Below, one piece after another: positions 11,386-22,934 of a stretch of DNA of 64,000 bases. Numbering within the stretch: the first letter of the stretch is position 1; every line of letters begins with the position of its first letter. The stretch comes from Calditrichia bacterium (lineage in GTDB: Bacteria > Calditrichota > Calditrichia > JAJRVZ01), in the NCBI GenBank assembly GCA_963796965.1, contig CAWCNS010000005.1, forward strand, positions 1,056,001-1,120,000. Direction: 5' to 3'. Made by a program: the position numbers and the translations under genes. A model generated the notes under the pieces. The model made no database searches, was not told where the DNA came from, and was given only the letters and a program-made list of their open reading frames with translations.

Positions 11386-12732
11386 TTATTCTAGTAAATT
11401 AATTCTTTCAAGAAATCCAGTATCAAAATCGCCTTTTATAAAATCCGTCTGATCGACTAATTTGCGATGAAATGGGATAGTGGTCTTGATACCTTCAATC
11501 ACAAATTCATCCAATGCCCTTCTCAATCGTGTCAATGACTCTTCACGATCTGTTCCATATGCAATAAGTTTTGCCACGAGTGAATCATAATATGGGGGGA
11601 TCGTATATCCGGAATATATATGTGTATCCACCCTGATTCCTGGTCCTCCGGGAATGTGAACATTTTCAATTTTTCCGGGATTCGGCATAAAATTTCGTTC
11701 CCAATCTTCTGCATTTATCCTGCATTCAATCGCATGACCTTGCAGCACAACATCCTCCTGATTATATCCTAATGGCTCACCGGCAGCGGCACGAATCTGA
11801 TCCTTTAGAAGATCTCGATTATATACCATCTCGGTCACAGAATGCTCCACCTGAATACGTGTATTCATCTCCATAAAATAAAAGTCTTTACTCTCATCCA
11901 GGAGAAATTCTATTGTACCCGCACCCACATAATTAACTTCCCGACACCCCTTCACTGCAACTTCACCCATTTTCATTCGTAATTCATGATCCAGGGCAAC
12001 CGAGGGTGCCTCTTCGAGCAATTTCTGATGTCGTCGCTGAATGGAACATTCGCGCTCACCAAAGTGGACGATATTTCCTTCAACATCTCCCATTACCTGT
12101 ATTTCAATATGACGGGGATTAGCAATAAATTTCTCCATGTATAGATCTGCATTGCCAAAGGCACCTTCTGCTTCTGCACTGGCCATCATAAAATTCATTT
12201 CGAGACCATCCTCGGAAGTAACAATACGCATACCCCGCCCACCACCTCCAGCCACGGCCTTTAGCATCACCGGGTATTTCACTTCTTTTCCTAATTTTTT
12301 GGCATGATTAAGATCTTTGATGATACCTTCACTACCGGGAACGACTGGTACACCTGCCTTTTTCATTGTTTCTTTTGCATTAGCCTTATCACCCATACTG
12401 CGAATCATATCAGCCTTAGCCCCTATAAATTCTATATTGCACGATTCGCAGATCTCAGCAAATTCAGGATTTTCGGCAAGGAAACCATATCCCGGATGTA
12501 TAGCATCAGCACCGGTTACTTCAGCAGCGGATATAATACGTACCATGTTGAGATAGCTGTCTGTACCCGGGGGTGGGCCAATACATACAACTTCATCGGC
12601 AAAACGAACATGTAGGGAGTCTACATCTGCTTCAGAATATACAGCAACAGTCTTCACTCCAAGTTCCTGACAGGCGCGAATTATTCTTAAGGCAATTTCA
12701 CCCCGATTAGCAATCAAGATTTTATTAAACAA
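11386..12732 (-). CDS. accC: Acetyl-CoA carboxylase biotin carboxylase
   Basis: [41 protein letters not shown]. Confidence 0.95.
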   Translation of the reverse strand: MFNKILIANRGEIALRIIRACQELGVKTVAVYSEADVDSLHVRFADEVVCIGPPPGTDSYLNMVRIISAAEVTGADAIHPGYGFLAENPEFAEICESCNIEFIGAKADMIRSMGDKANAKETMKKAGVPVVPGSEGIIKDLNHAKKLGKEVKYPVMLKAVAGGGGRGMRIVTSEDGLEMNFMMASAEAEGAFGNADLYMEKFIANPRHIEIQVMGDVEGNIVHFGERECSIQRRHQKLLEEAPSVALDHELRMKMGEVAVKGCREVNYVGAGTIEFLLDESKDFYFMEMNTRIQVEHSVTEMVYNRDLLKDQIRAAAGEPLGYNQEDVVLQGHAIECRINAEDWERNFMPNPGKIENVHIPGGPGIRVDTHIYSGYTIPPYYDSLVAKLIAYGTDREESLTRLRRALDEFVIEGIKTTIPFHRKLVDQTDFIKGDFDTGFLERINLLE

Positions 12733-12744
12733 TGTATGGTCCTT

Positions 12745-13323
12745 TCATCTTTCAATCGCTCGTTGTAATTCGTTTAATGTCTGATTAAGTCTTGCATTTT
12801 CTATCTGCAATGTTTTTATTTCTGCTTTTAACTGGTTTATTATAGCCGGGTCGGCATTTTCTTTTACTCTAATTATTACAGGATCGATAGGGGCAGGTGT
12901 AATACTTTTTAAAAGATTCAACCAGTTTTTGCAGGCCATAATATAGCGACTATTTGGATAAGTTTCGATAAAATTTTCAAAAAATACGACTGCTTTCTTA
13001 TAGTCAAAATAAGGATTTCTTTCATCTGCAATAATATGCAGATAAGCTAAGCGATAAGCAGCGTCGTCAACAAAAGGATGTGTAGAAAATTTCTCAATAA
13101 ATTGTTCGTATATTATGTGAGCTTTGTCAAAATCACCTTTTTCAAGGTAAATATTTCCTCTCTCGATAATTTCAAATTCGATGCTTTTATCCTTTTGAGT
13201 GGAAGATTGGTTACAGGCAATATCCACAATACATACTATTAATAGTAATACCAGAACGAATATCGAACTATTATTCTGTGCGCTTATCAAAGACAATACA
13301 GCTTCCATCCTTTTGTTTAGCAA
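12745..13323 (-). CDS. TPR (BamD/YfiO-like) lipoprotein with C-terminal coiled coil
   Basis: Hydrophobic stretch and IAC lipobox; FIETYPNSRY TPR motif; heptad tail ...LNELQRAIER. True start is probably TTG near 13290. Confidence 0.7.
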   Translation of the reverse strand: MLNKRMEAVLSLISAQNNSSIFVLVLLLIVCIVDIACNQSSTQKDKSIEFEIIERGNIYLEKGDFDKAHIIYEQFIEKFSTHPFVDDAAYRLAYLHIIADERNPYFDYKKAVVFFENFIETYPNSRYIMACKNWLNLLKSITPAPIDPVIIRVKENADPAIINQLKAEIKTLQIENARLNQTLNELQRAIER

Positions 13324-14215
13324 ACTTTTTTAGTTCAGTTATAATTTTAATAATTTCTCCAATATTTGTAAATGACTGGTGACGATTATTCACAACTGCA
13401 ATAGATATTGAAACAAAGGGAAATTGTTGTGCAACCCCCTTGCGATCTTTAGTAGAAATATAACCTCTTATTTGATCCTCATTACTATAAAATTGTCTTA
13501 TACCACTATCTACCAGTTCAATAATTTTGTTACCAATATCCGGCATTCGATCCGGTGAAGCAAGGATTACAAAATCATCTCCTCCAATATGCCCTATAAA
13601 ATCATTTGGCTCACCAAAATTTGTTACTGCTGTTTTAATAACATCAGCTGTAAATAGTATCACCTCATCACCCTGGTCAAATCCATATTTATCATTAAAT
13701 GCTTTAAAATTATCAAGATCTGTATAAGCAACTGCAAATTGGTTACCACTCTGCATACGATTTTGGATTATTTCCTGAATTTTAGTATTACCAGGTAATC
13801 GTGTAAGTGGATTGCTATCCAGGTTCTGAAGATTTCGGCGAAGCACAGCTTTAATCCTGGCTACTCTTTCTTTTGGATCAATCGATTTGGTAATATAGTC
13901 ATCAGCCCCCCCATCAAGGCGTTTGAGCTTATCATTAAGATCGTCGCTGGTGGTCAGCACAATAACGGGCGTATTACATAACTCCTCATCTTCCCTGATC
14001 TTATCACAGACTTCATGTCCATCCGGATCAGGCATATTTAAATCCAATAATACAAGGTCCGGCTTAATAGAGCGCATCATTTCCAGTCCTTCCACACCAT
14101 TCAATGCCTCACTTACCGTAAATCCTTCATTCTCCAGATCTAACCTGGTGAGGTATCTAAACTCAGATTCATCATCGATGAGGAGAAGATGATATTTTTC
14201 TTCCATGGAAAGCAC
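13271..14215 (-). CDS. Response regulator / diguanylate cyclase (REC-GGDEF)
   Basis: Intact receiver (LLIDDE, LDLNMP); NPLTRLPGN, DLDNFKAFNDKYG, HIGGDDF. Confidence 0.92.
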   Translation of the reverse strand: MLSMEEKYHLLLIDDESEFRYLTRLDLENEGFTVSEALNGVEGLEMMRSIKPDLVLLDLNMPDPDGHEVCDKIREDEELCNTPVIVLTTSDDLNDKLKRLDGGADDYITKSIDPKERVARIKAVLRRNLQNLDSNPLTRLPGNTKIQEIIQNRMQSGNQFAVAYTDLDNFKAFNDKYGFDQGDEVILFTADVIKTAVTNFGEPNDFIGHIGGDDFVILASPDRMPDIGNKIIELVDSGIRQFYSNEDQIRGYISTKDRKGVAQQFPFVSISIAVVNNRHQSFTNIGEIIKIITELKKFAKQKDGSCIVFDKRTE

Positions 14216-14241
14216 CTATCCTGAAATGTTATAAATTTTCT

Positions 14242-14459
14242 CGCAAAGACGCAAAGTCGCCAAGAAACACAATACTTACATTATCCTACCTAACTTGCCT
14301 GCCCAGAGTTCGTTTAAGGGTTTCAGCATCAATTTATTAGAAATAATTAACAAATTAAATTCTACCAATGATACCTGCACTTTTATCCTCCCTATCATTA
14401 AGAATGAGGAATATGTGGCTGGTAATTCTTGTGTTTCTTGGCGACTTTGCGTCTTTGCG
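14242..14459. repeat. Perfect 31-bp inverted repeats around a 156-bp spacer (MITE-like)
   Basis: 14242..14272 cgcaaagacgcaaagtcgccaagaaacacaa is the exact reverse complement of 14429..14459. Confidence 0.92.
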
Positions 14460-14493
14460 TGAATACAAACTTTGACACAGAAAGGCTCTATCG

Positions 14494-16041
14494 CTAGTCG
14501 CTCACGTCTTTCATTTCTAATACTTCTACCGGTGTTGATTGAATGGGTAACAAAACCGTAAACTCTGTTCCTGTCCCTATTTTACTTTTAACTTTAATTT
14601 TTCCGCCGTGGGCTTTGACAATCTGAGATGTAATATAAAGCCCTAGCCCGGTTCCCTTTACCGATATTTTCGTTGAGTTACTTGCCCGGTACATTTTTTC
14701 AAATATATATGGTATCTCTTTAGCAGGAATACCTATACCCTGATCTCTGATTTGTACATGCACGAAAGAATCATTTTCAAATATCGATACTTGCATTTTA
14801 GATCCGTTTGGAGAAAATTTTATTGCATTAGATAGCAGATTTGTAAATACTTCTTCTAAACGATCTTTATCCAAATTAATATCAATTTTTTCGCTTGAGA
14901 AATTAAGGTCGACTTTCATTTCTTTTTTCTTAACCGTCGGCGCTAACTTCATAATTGTGTTTGTAAATAATTTAACCAGATTCTCATTTTTAAGATCGAG
15001 TCTCATGGTTTCACCATCATAGGAAGCACTATGCAAAATATTGGTAATTAGATTTGAAAGCGTTTCATTATTCCCATTTATGATAGCGAGCAGACGTCTT
15101 TGATTATCTGTTGGTACATTTCCCAAACTATGTTCAAGCAAACTCATGGCCTGATAGATGGCTGCTAGAGGGCTTTTCATTTCATGCGTAAACTGATTGA
15201 GCATTTCAGACTTAAATTTATCATTCTCATTTAAGCGAAGAGCCATTTGCTCAAAGGCAGAGGCAAGTTCACCAATCTCGTCATTTGATTTTCGGGGTAC
15301 CTTAACATCAAAATTCTGGATTGCTACTTGATCAATACCATTTTTCAAGTCTTCCAAGGGCCGGGAAAATAATCTTGCTACAAAAAATGCAACAAACAAA
15401 CTTATAAAAACCATTGCAAACAGAACATAAAGAACAACCAGATTGATCATTTCTGATACTTGCTTAAGTTCTTCCCCACTTTGATGTGCCTGCGCACCAA
15501 TTAATTCACTGAGAGAACCAAGTTCTTTACGCAAATTCGCAATAGTCGATTTTACTCCTGGATCGACATATTCTGTTTTAGTTGCGAATTCAGCTAGTTT
15601 ATTCCTTGAGCGCGTCCATAAAGATTCACATTGTCTCTCCAATTCCGCTTTTTCTTTTAAGCGGTCTTTATCCACTTTTTTTTCGCCAAGATAATTAAGA
15701 AAATGGCCTAATACTGGCGACACAGATAAGGAATCAGAAGTTTGTCTTCTGGATTTAAATAATTGCCAGTTTGATTGGTACGCGTGTATGCCGTCTCTAA
15801 GATTTGCCTGATAACGGTTTTGTGAGGGGCCGGAAAGCCGTGTTAGGATAAATTGGGCATAGACATCTTCGAGGATTTGCTGCTGGTGAGAAAGATCAAT
15901 TACCTCCTGCACATCTTGTTCTATTCGCAATCGAACAAATCGATCGATTGCTTTTGTCTGCAAAATGAGAAGAAAGAGGGCAATTGAAAAAAAACAGATG
16001 AGTAAAAGGTAACTTATAAATAATTTATATTTTAACTTCAT
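14494..16041 (-). CDS. HAMP-domain sensor histidine kinase
   Basis: Two TM helices, HAMP (NDEIGELASAF), H-box THEMKSPL, NLLSNAIKFS, GTGLGL. Confidence 0.95.
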   Translation of the reverse strand: MKLKYKLFISYLLLICFFSIALFLLILQTKAIDRFVRLRIEQDVQEVIDLSHQQQILEDVYAQFILTRLSGPSQNRYQANLRDGIHAYQSNWQLFKSRRQTSDSLSVSPVLGHFLNYLGEKKVDKDRLKEKAELERQCESLWTRSRNKLAEFATKTEYVDPGVKSTIANLRKELGSLSELIGAQAHQSGEELKQVSEMINLVVLYVLFAMVFISLFVAFFVARLFSRPLEDLKNGIDQVAIQNFDVKVPRKSNDEIGELASAFEQMALRLNENDKFKSEMLNQFTHEMKSPLAAIYQAMSLLEHSLGNVPTDNQRRLLAIINGNNETLSNLITNILHSASYDGETMRLDLKNENLVKLFTNTIMKLAPTVKKKEMKVDLNFSSEKIDINLDKDRLEEVFTNLLSNAIKFSPNGSKMQVSIFENDSFVHVQIRDQGIGIPAKEIPYIFEKMYRASNSTKISVKGTGLGLYITSQIVKAHGGKIKVKSKIGTGTEFTVLLPIQSTPVEVLEMKDVSD

Positions 16042-16044
16042 TCA

Positions 16045-16548
16045 TTATTTTTCAATGAGAAAAAGAACCTGGTTGTATTCAACCGGTTGGGCGTTTTCTA
16101 CTAAAATTTTTGCTATTTTGCCGGCGTAATCAGATTCAATCTCATTCATTAATTTCATAGCCTCTATAATGCACAATGTGTGGCCAACTTCAACTTGCTG
16201 ACCTACCTCAACGTAAGCATCAGCATCGGGGGCCGGAGAACGATAAAAAGTACCAACCATCGGTGAGCGCAATTCATAATAATCTCCAGCGGTTGATTCT
16301 GCCACCGCTTGTGATGGGTCTGCCTGTGGTATACCAGTATCTACAGCAGCAGACATAGCCTGACCGGGCATTGGCACAGGCTGCTGGTATGAAAGTACCT
16401 GGGCGGGATTCATTATGACTGCATCAGCAGATTGTTTATTATTTTTTGTGATTCGGATCTCTTTTCCTTCTTCCTTAATCTCAATCTCGCTAATATCAGC
16501 GTTTTCGACTAGTTTGATGAGTTGGCGGATCTCTCTGATCTCCATCAA
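16045..16548 (-). CDS. accB: Biotin carboxyl carrier protein
   Basis: [11 protein letters not shown] and the EAMKLMNEI biotinylation motif. Confidence 0.97.
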   Translation of the reverse strand: MMEIREIRQLIKLVENADISEIEIKEEGKEIRITKNNKQSADAVIMNPAQVLSYQQPVPMPGQAMSAAVDTGIPQADPSQAVAESTAGDYYELRSPMVGTFYRSPAPDADAYVEVGQQVEVGHTLCIIEAMKLMNEIESDYAGKIAKILVENAQPVEYNQVLFLIEK

Positions 16549-16567
16549 GCCTCCTTTAACCCTATTT

Positions 16568-17627
16568 TTAGATAAGACGAACCTTCTCCAAAAGCTGTTT
16601 CACATCGCTATGAAACTTATTTTTAAAGACGGTCGCACTTATGTTATGTTTATTGATTTTGTTGAAATTTATGTCTTTAACATCTTCGTCGCAATAAATA
16701 ATTATCGGTATATCCTTTTCTGTGCGTGGTTTTGGCCACAACATATTCATTATATTCTCTGCATCCTCATAATTGACAATAATTAGTCTGAGGTGCAAAG
16801 TTCGCCATGAATCGAACTGTCATTTCTTTAGGGCCTGTTACCTTACATTCAAACCCCATCTTTTTGACTACCCTGCTTGCCATAATTCTCGCAATTCTGT
16901 TATCATCAATTACCAGGACCCTCTTTTCATCAGATCCGGCCCCCTCCTGCTTCTTGATTTCGTCGTTAAGTTTTGCTGCTTCCATCAAAAGATTCGTAAT
17001 ACTTTCATTAATATTCGTATTTGGGATTTCATCTGTATCCTCGAATACAAATCTCAACTCTTCATTACACGCCAATTGCAAAAAGGCATCTTCTTTGATG
17101 AGAGAACCATAGGCAGCCGAAACAACACGCCCACCTTTGACCATGATATTCCCAATTTCAGTGTTATTGATATCATAGAATCTAAATATTCCCGTTCGCC
17201 TCCCCTGGTCTTTTTCCTGAGCTTCGTTCCAAAAAAATTCATTTGCGGTAAAGTGGTGTTGTAATTTTGATTCACTCATCCGAAGATTAATTCTTGCTAA
17301 AACTTCTGAGAATTCAAAAGGTTGGCGGATGGCGTCAACCGCACCAAATTCAAAAAACTCTTTAACCTGATTCTTTTTCTCCCCATAAATTAGAGCAATA
17401 ATCGGGATATACTTAATTTGTTCGACTTTTTTTAAGGCTGCCATGAGATCGGGAACACTTTTCTCCTTAAAATTGTTCGCCACCAGCAATAAGTCGGGCG
17501 CCTCTTTATCTGCGCGCTTCTTACACTCAAAGACATTATCAAAAGTAGATATTTCAAGTCCGTTTGTTTTTAATTGACTCTGGAGAGCTGACACTTCCTG
17601 GTCAGGTGCGCTCAATATAAATAACAT
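16568..17627 (-). CDS. Pseudo-receiver / DUF4388-like / receiver protein (frameshifted)
   Basis: ORFs 16767..17627 and 16568..16798. The N-terminal REC lacks Asp and Lys ([13 protein letters not shown]); [10 protein letters not shown] marks the DUF4388-like end; a second REC starts VLVIDD. Confidence 0.7.
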
Positions 17628-17812
17628 ATAATCTATCTCCTCAAACCTCGAAAATCATATATAGACCCTAAAATCTTTATTGATGTATTTAGAAATGATC
17701 ATTATTTAAACTGATGTGAAACCTTATAGTAATTGATGCCCCCTATTATTGTATATGTCTCAACACCCATAAAAAATCATTTAGGTATCCGCTAGTCGGA
17801 GGACAATTAAAA

Positions 17813-18664
17813 TTAATATTCTTTCGCCGCGCGCGCAATTCGTTGAAGTTCTTCACATACAATATCCAAACGCTCGTCGCTCAAATAGGTATTGTGAACC
17901 CGGGCATGTTTCAGTCTTAAGTTCATCGATCTCAGTAACTAATAAGTGTTCCTCAAAATATGGTGCTTTAGCAATCACCTTCCCATGGGGATCGACAACC
18001 TCGGATCCTCCCCAGAACATCAATCCATCTTCTGAGCCAACGCGGTTGCAGAATACCAAATAACTTGTAAAGAGATGCGCTGTGGTTTTATTCAGATCTT
18101 CCCAAATTTGAATATTTTCAGGTTTATCTTTTTGATGAACACCACGGAGAATTCCAGCTGAATTTACAAAGAGAATAAGCGCCCCGTCTAATGCAAGAAT
18201 GCTACTGGAAGAAGGATGCCACATATCCTCACATATCATCATGCCAAATCGCCCATGGGTTGAATCGAATGCTCTAAATCTATTTCCCGGTGTAAAATAA
18301 CGTCTCTCTTCATAGACGCCATAGGTCGGCAGATACACTTTACGATGTCGAGCAACCAACTTTCCTTTTTCCAAAAATAAGTTGGTATTCTTTGCTTCAT
18401 AATTGTCAGTTAATTCAACCATGCCAAAGCAAATCGAAATTTTCTCACTCGCTTTATATAATGGTTCTAATTTTTTATCATTGGCCGTCAGGGCCACATC
18501 AAAAACAGCATCTTTTACAGAATATCCTGTCAATGAGAGTTCCGGAAAAAGGATAATATCCGAATTTCCTTCAATAGCTTCTCTATATAGTGAAGGTGTT
18601 TCTCCAGATTATCGTCAATATTCGTCAGTACTGAACTAATTTGCGCAAGTGCGATCTTTAACAC
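17813..18664 (-). CDS. Carbon-nitrogen hydrolase, similar to the glutaminase subunit of NAD+ synthetase (frameshifted)
   Basis: KIALAQ, FPELS, HRKVYLPTYG and ICEDMWH (E-K-C triad); indels near both ends. Confidence 0.85.
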
Positions 18665-19087
18665 ATTCTTCTCTCTTCAGTTCCAGAAATACAGATTATT
18701 AGATCCCCAGGCTAAATACTCCCTTTAACAAATAATTATCAGGAGTTTATATATTATCCTGGGAATTAAGCCCCAGCCCATACCTAACCCATTATTTGTA
18801 GAAAAATCCTTCAGGCCTACGATAGCCTCCCTAAGTATACTGATAATTCAAGGAAATGCCTGCAAGGAGGTAGATTATTATTGAAAATTTAATTTACAGT
18901 CTCTGGTTTAAAAAAACAAACCTTGGCATTGGAAAAAGCAAAGGTGGCGTTTGAGTTTTTGCGCATTTGGCAGGATATATTTTGGAGGTTATTTCTCACA
19001 ATTGATTGTATTAATTGGGACACAATCATGAGGTTGAATAAAAATACAATTATACCACGGAAGCACCCGGAGGTTCAGAACAATTAA

Positions 19088-19681
19088 TCAAAATGCAGAT
19101 CTATAGAGTTTTAATTCTCTTATCATATTGAGTACAGCCTCCGAAACTTTATTTTCATCATATATTCCAGACATAATCTCTTCTCTTATTTCCGTAGCAG
19201 AAATATCGATAATTGGAGAATCCAGGAAAAGAACATTTTTTTTAAGGTCATCCGGAATATCTTCTTTTTTGCCTCCTTCCCGCTGAATTACCACAACGGT
19301 CGCCAACTCTTTAATTACAGCAGGATCTTTCCAGCGATGAAAATCATAGAGATTATCAATTCCGATAATATAGTAGAGATCTGCCTCAGGCAAATTTTCA
19401 TACTCCAAAAACTCGCGAAGAGTGTCCACGGTAAAAGAAATCCCTTTTCGGGCAAGTTCAATCCCGCTTACTTTAAACTGTGGATCCATTTCTGTTGCCA
19501 TTTGGACCATACGATATCTGATTTCTGCAGGTGTGACCTCAGAATTATTTTTTAAGGCATGAAGAGCAGCAGGAATAAAATAGACATATTCTAAATCTAA
19601 TTTGTCTCTAACCCATCGTGCTAATTTGATATGTGCTTTATGAGGTGGGTCAAAGGTCCCACCATACAATCCTATTCGCAT
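19088..19681 (-). CDS. nadD: Nicotinate-nucleotide adenylyltransferase
   Basis: GGTFDPPHKAH, SFTVDTL, ISATEIR. Confidence 0.95.
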   Translation of the reverse strand: MRIGLYGGTFDPPHKAHIKLARWVRDKLDLEYVYFIPAALHALKNNSEVTPAEIRYRMVQMATEMDPQFKVSGIELARKGISFTVDTLREFLEYENLPEADLYYIIGIDNLYDFHRWKDPAVIKELATVVVIQREGGKKEDIPDDLKKNVLFLDSPIIDISATEIREEIMSGIYDENKVSEAVLNMIRELKLYRSAF

Positions 19682-19763
19682 TATTTGTAAGTCTCTCTAC
19701 GCTCTATAGCACTTAATTTTCGCATATCTAAATGCTTCAAGTATTTCTAACTTTGCACCCCTT

Positions 19764-20541
19764 CTATTCCTCTTCAGGATCACTCTCATCCGGATCTTCA
19801 TATACTTCAATTTTTCGTAGAGATTTTGTAATACTGTATTCTAAATCTGTGTTAGGAAATTTATCTCTCATTTCGACTAATATTTTTTTAGACTTCATCA
19901 AAAGCCTCCATATCAATCAATGTATTCGCTTTGCCCAGCATAGCATCATCTGCCCATGAAGTGTCATAATATCTCTCAAGTACAATATCATAGTAAATAA
20001 CACTTGAATTGATCCACAACATTGCTCGATATAGTTCAGCATTTAAATAATATTTTTCTGCCATTTTCTCACGTAACTCCAATAACCGCCGTTCCACCTC
20101 TTCCCGCTTTTCATGACCGGGAAAATCTTCAATAAATAATTGGAAGGCCCTTAATGCTTTTTCAGTGTATTCCTGGTCTAAGGCAGGTCGTGGAGACATC
20201 TGATAATAACTCATTCCCAGCATATACGTGGCGTCCGGAACGAGTGGACTCCGGGACATATTATTCATCAACTTAGAAAATTCTGCGGCAGAGATGATAT
20301 ATTCTTCTAAATCATAATGCGACATTGCCAAATAAAATTGTGCACTGTCAGCTACCGAACTACCCGGATATCTTAAAATAACAACTGTAAATTCATTAGT
20401 TGCTTCAAAATAATCTTCGTCATCATAGAGTTCTTTTGCATATTCATAATATTCTTCTGCTGTCCATGTACTTTCAGGGCTTCTTCCTGAACATCCAATC
20501 CAAATTAAAGCCAATACAACTACAATTATAGATTTTATCAC
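19764..20541 (-). CDS. bamD: Outer-membrane assembly lipoprotein BamD (C-terminal frameshift)
   Basis: IGC lipobox; YPGSSVADSAQF and LDQEYTEKAL; the C-terminus continues in another frame to 19764. Confidence 0.85.
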
Positions 20542-20561
20542 ATGCTCTCCCAATACTTTAC

Positions 20562-21189
20562 TCAATTTCTTTGTGTGAAAAATAAATATACAATAATCGC
20601 CACCGCACCAATTGTAATTACCGGTTCATATATTTTTTCCCAAAAAGAGAACTCTTCCCTTTTCCCAATGGTAAATCCATAAGATGATTCATCTGCCTCT
20701 GATATATCATCATAGGGGATATCATCCTCAACTAAATAATTACTTTCAATCGCTTGCTCGACTCTCTGACCACTTCCGTCATAAATCTGTCCTTTAATAT
20801 GAAAGTGTATCTGGCGATGGACGAAATTCCTTCCAAGAAAAGATTTTTCAAACGGTTTTGAATATTTCACACCAATATTAAATTTATCAATCTCAACTAT
20901 CAAACCTTGAAACGACGAAACCTCATTATAGTTTCGAAAGACCCGAAAAGATTTTTGCGAAAAAAGGTTGCCAATAAAAACTCTTAAATAGTTTCCTTCT
21001 TCTCGATCAAGTTTTTCAACCTGTATCAAGATAGAATCTTTACCATTATGCACCAAATGATCCTGGTAGGCTGAAAATACATCAAAAGTCAAGTCTATCA
21101 ATAACATCTCTATTCGTTCTCAATTCTGATGATATCGCCTGATTAACAATGATCATCAATAGATATATTAAAAAAGATGGAATTTTCAT
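20562..21189 (-). CDS. Hypothetical protein with C-terminal membrane anchor (frameshifted N-terminus)
   Basis: ORF 20562..21107 plus a signal-peptide-like start at 21189; ends EPVITIGAVAIIVYLFFTQR. Confidence 0.7.
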
Positions 21190-21232
21190 TTCTACAGAAT
21201 CAATCAAAGAGTTTACTAACCTGAATTAATTG

Positions 21233-22934
21233 CTACAGACTGCCTAGAATGCTTTTTATCAAATACGAACGGTCAAAGATGATGACTCTATTGAAGGGGA
21301 GAGTCCTCATTATTATGTAGATAAAGAAGACTTCCGGTGACCTTTCCATCCTGAACCTAAAGCTGAGTAAAGTTAAACAAGAAATTAACAATATACCACT
21401 AAATATACCCAGCCAATCACCATGGTTGGAATAAAAGGTTTTCTCAGTGCGAAGAGGTATAATTTTTTGGGCCAATACCCGCTCAAAAAGACCCGACTCT
21501 AGATATCGTCTCCCATAGGGATCAATAAAGGAAGATATTCCCGTATTTGCGCATCTAATAACAGATATTCGTTGCTCAATTGCTCTAAAGATCGCCGCTT
21601 GTAAATGCTGAAATGGTTGAGATGTGTAACCGAACCAGCCATCATTGGTTATAATAATCAATAATCGGGAATCTTTATCAATGAATTGCCGGATAAGATT
21701 CGGAAAGATCGACTCATAGCAAATAATGGCAGACAGACTTAAACGGCGTTACATCATCATCGTGAGAGACAACCCTCCAATCATTCTCCTTAAAGTCTAA
21801 TTGATAAAGATTGCTCTTGGCCTCAAAGGTGACAACGTTAGTTCCCTCCGTCATGTCATACATCCTATTCCCAATCAACCATTCAGGTAAAATCTCTTTG
21901 TATGGAAATTTCTCTTCTTCCGGAACTAATTGAAGTTTATGATAAACACCCAGGGTAGAATCATTGGGATTGAGGAAATAGGCAGCGTTGAACTTCTGCT
22001 TTAAATGATTTTTATATTCATAATCCAGGGTACCGGCAAGTAGATGATATTTATGGGTTTGTATGTGGCTACTAAGCACAGCAAAATCTTTGGGCCGATC
22101 TTTTAAATAATAAGGGATGCTCGTTTCCGGCCATACAACCAGATCAGGCCTTGTTAGCAAAAGGCTGTCTGTCAACGAGGTGAGCGTGGAAAGATTTTCG
22201 TGAAGAAAATCAGTGGACCATTTTAAATCCTGATCTATATTGGGTTGTATATAGCCGACAGAAACACCAGGAGCCTTTAAATTTTGTCCCAACTTATACA
22301 GTCCAAATCCGAGAGGTATAAGAAATAATAATAATACAACTACACTGTATTGTAAGAATAGCCTCGGCTTTTTATAGGCTTTTATGGCCAGGTAAATCGT
22401 TACATTTACAAGGCATATCCAATAAACGACTCCCAGATATCCTGTATATTCAACATATTGAATGATATATAAAAAATACGATTGTGTGTGCGCGATATTG
22501 AGCCATGTAAAGGCAAGATCTCCAAATTGTCTGATATATTCAAGAAAAGTCCATAAAAATGGAAAAACGAATAGAGCTAGCTGCGCATTTTTGTTAAAAA
22601 TGAATGAAAGTAAGGCGGTAAGCAGACCAAACTGAAGGGCATTTCCGATGGCAATAATTGAAAAGCCTGTACCAGAGTAGAAGAACAACCAGTATAAAGT
22701 AACAGCATTAACCATTAGACCAATGAGATAGCCATAAACAAAAGACCGGCCAGGCGTATTTCTTTTACATATGTAAAATTGAGGGATAAAAGCTATATAT
22801 ATAAAAAATCCGAATGGACTTGGAGCATAGGCAACAATAAAGAAAACAGTAGAAAGTAATGTATCCCGAACATCTTTGCTAGTTATATTAGCTGAGGTCA
22901 ATTTGCTTTCCGGTGGATGCCGACTTATAAATTG
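21233..22934 (-). CDS. lnt: Apolipoprotein N-acyltransferase (frameshifted)
   Basis: TM helices, QPNI, VWPET, YHKLQLVP, ITNDGWFG, RAIE, ANTGIS; frameshift near 21740; ends are approximate. Confidence 0.92.
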
